Origin: a bacterium UBP13_UBA5359
GTDB taxonomy: Bacteria; UBP13; UBA5359
Assembly (NCBI GenBank): GCA_002410925.1
Contig: DHPR01000033.1
Location: 142,397 to 206,396, forward strand
Length of the DNA: 64,000 nucleotides
Reading direction: 5' to 3'
The notes under the pieces were generated by a model. The model searched no databases and was not told the DNA's origin. It saw only the letters and a list, made by a program, of their open reading frames with translations. The stretch's first letter is position 1. The number at the start of each line of letters is the position of its first letter. Shown in pieces: positions 62,766 to 64,000 of the stretch. Position numbers and translations under genes: made by a program.

Positions 62766-63809
62766 TTAGCGCCTTTTCTTTTTTGACCGGCGCTTGGTAC
62801 CGGTTGCAGATATGCCTGCGGAGGCTAGCTCCGCCGGCTCTTTTACACTGCAAGTTGCAGCTGCTGCAGCGTTATTATTATCGGCCATCAGCCGGGCCGG
62901 TTTGCCCTTTCTCTTACCATCCTCTTTCAATCGCATAGAAACAAGCAGCTGACTGGCAATAAAGATGGAAGAGTAACATCCGGTTGTAATACCCACAAAC
63001 AGAGCCAAAGCGAAGGTATGTATGGTTGCACCTCCAAAAAGAAGGAGAGCCATTATGGTAAGCTCGGTTGTCAATACAGTAAAGACTGACCTTGTCAATG
63101 TCTGATTTATGCTTAAGTTGACCAACTGACTGAAGTCACTCTTCTTATCAAGGCGTGTATTCTCTCTGAGGCGATCAAAGATCACAATAGTATCATTGAT
63201 GGAATAACCTACCACCGTCAGAATACAGGGCACTAAAAAGCTATTTACATCTATCCTGGTTATAGCAAAGAAGCCCAGCAATATCAGCACGTCGTGAAGC
63301 AAGCCTGCTATAGCGGATATAGCATATTTGAAGTCATATCGTATGGTGACAAAAAGCAGAATACCGAAGAGACCTATACAGAGAGCTATAAGTGCATTAA
63401 CCTGCAGCTCCTTACCGATACTCGGTCCTACCATATCCACATTTACATCTTGCGGCTTTACGGCGTAATCCTTGCTCAGGATATCGACGATTTTGCGGCT
63501 GAACTCTTCACCGGATTTCTGTTGCGTGCTAATAATAAGTTCATTCTGCGAGCGCTTCAAAGATTCTCTGGACAACGACAAACTGCTCAGCTTTGAAGCA
63601 ACATCATCAACGGTGAACTGCGTCGGCATCTTCACCCTGATCTCAGTGCCGCCGGTGAAATCTATTCCCAGCTTTAAAGGAGCTTTTATTTGAGGATTCA
63701 TATAGTTTATAAGCATGGCAATAATCCCAGCCATGATCAAGACAGCCGATATGGTATACCATATCTTTCTGCTGCGTACAAAATCGAACTGATATCTCAT
63801 AGCAGACAT
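62766..63809 (-). CDS. secF: Protein translocase subunit SecF
   Basis: GIDFTGGT, VGPSIG, LHD, GYSINDTIVIFDRLRE. Confidence 0.96.
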   Translation of the reverse strand: MSAMRYQFDFVRSRKIWYTISAVLIMAGIIAMLINYMNPQIKAPLKLGIDFTGGTEIRVKMPTQFTVDDVASKLSSLSLSRESLKRSQNELIISTQQKSGEEFSRKIVDILSKDYAVKPQDVNVDMVGPSIGKELQVNALIALCIGLFGILLFVTIRYDFKYAISAIAGLLHDVLILLGFFAITRIDVNSFLVPCILTVVGYSINDTIVIFDRLRENTRLDKKSDFSQLVNLSINQTLTRSVFTVLTTELTIMALLLFGGATIHTFALALFVGITTGCYSSIFIASQLLVSMRLKEDGKRKGKPARLMADNNNAAAAATCSVKEPAELASAGISATGTKRRSKKKRR

Positions 63810-63814
63810 CTCTC

Positions 63815-64000
63815 CTATATCCTGAAATACAGGTTCTTCTCTCTCACTCTTTTAAGAGAGGAGAACAGGTCGATAAAATATCTGTTTACGACTATAGCCG
63901 TAAACATGCTCACCAAAATACCCAGGCTAAGTGTGACGGCAAAACCCTTGATTGGACCTGTGCACCAAATAAAGAGCACTACGGCTGCGATCAACGTTGT
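63815..64000 (-). CDS. secD: Protein translocase subunit SecD, C-terminal fragment
   Basis: Manual translation TTLIAAVVLFIWCTGPIKGFAVTLSLGILVSMFTAIVV...; directly upstream of secF. Confidence 0.9.
   Translation of the reverse strand, partial: TTLIAAVVLFIWCTGPIKGFAVTLSLGILVSMFTAIVVNRYFIDLFSSLKRVREKNLYFRI

Noticed and set aside
1..64000. CRISPR arrays, transposases, prophage, Sec/Pyl recoding or programmed frameshifts
   Set aside because: No regularly spaced repeats or mobile-element ORFs were seen, and the recognised genes appear intact with normal lengths

Overview
Core-chromosome segment of a roughly 48% GC (estimated by eye) anaerobic Terrabacteria-type bacterium. T-box riboswitches, sigmaA extended -10 promoters and Firmicutes-like synteny occur alongside secreted proteins lacking Gram-positive anchors, so a diderm lineage such as Armatimonadota-like is possible but unproven. 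All but one (mgtE) of about 55 CDSs lie on the minus strand. Contents in transcription order: secD(3' end)-secF-recJ-relA; gmk-rpoZ-coaBC-prsA-priA-def-fmt-RACo-htpX-rsmB-rlmN-PASTA kinase-rpe; FMN riboswitch with rib operon; MFS-S2P-trpS-scpAB-aminotransferase; Leu T-box with ilvD-ilvB-ilvN-ilvC-leuA-leuC-leuD-cimA (no leuB); a 1077-aa secreted beta-propeller protein; ispH-DUF512-der-plsY-gpsA; a GH36-like hydrolase; two tRNA-Pro genes; an ECF sigma/anti-sigma pair; Ser T-box with serA-surE; amrS; a DUF2993 lipoprotein; an HI0933 flavoprotein; pfkB. No mobile elements or CRISPR arrays were seen. Top observations: (1) the PrkC/PknB-position PASTA kinase has lost most catalytic motifs (a pseudokinase) and lacks its usual adjacent phosphatase; (2) a Ser T-box appears to control serA-surE, suggesting SurE as a SerB substitute; (3) an unknown 3-TM protein is the first gene under an FMN riboswitch that has an L2 insertion; (4) several intergenic spacers are heptamer-periodic, and at least two form mRNA-strand hairpins.
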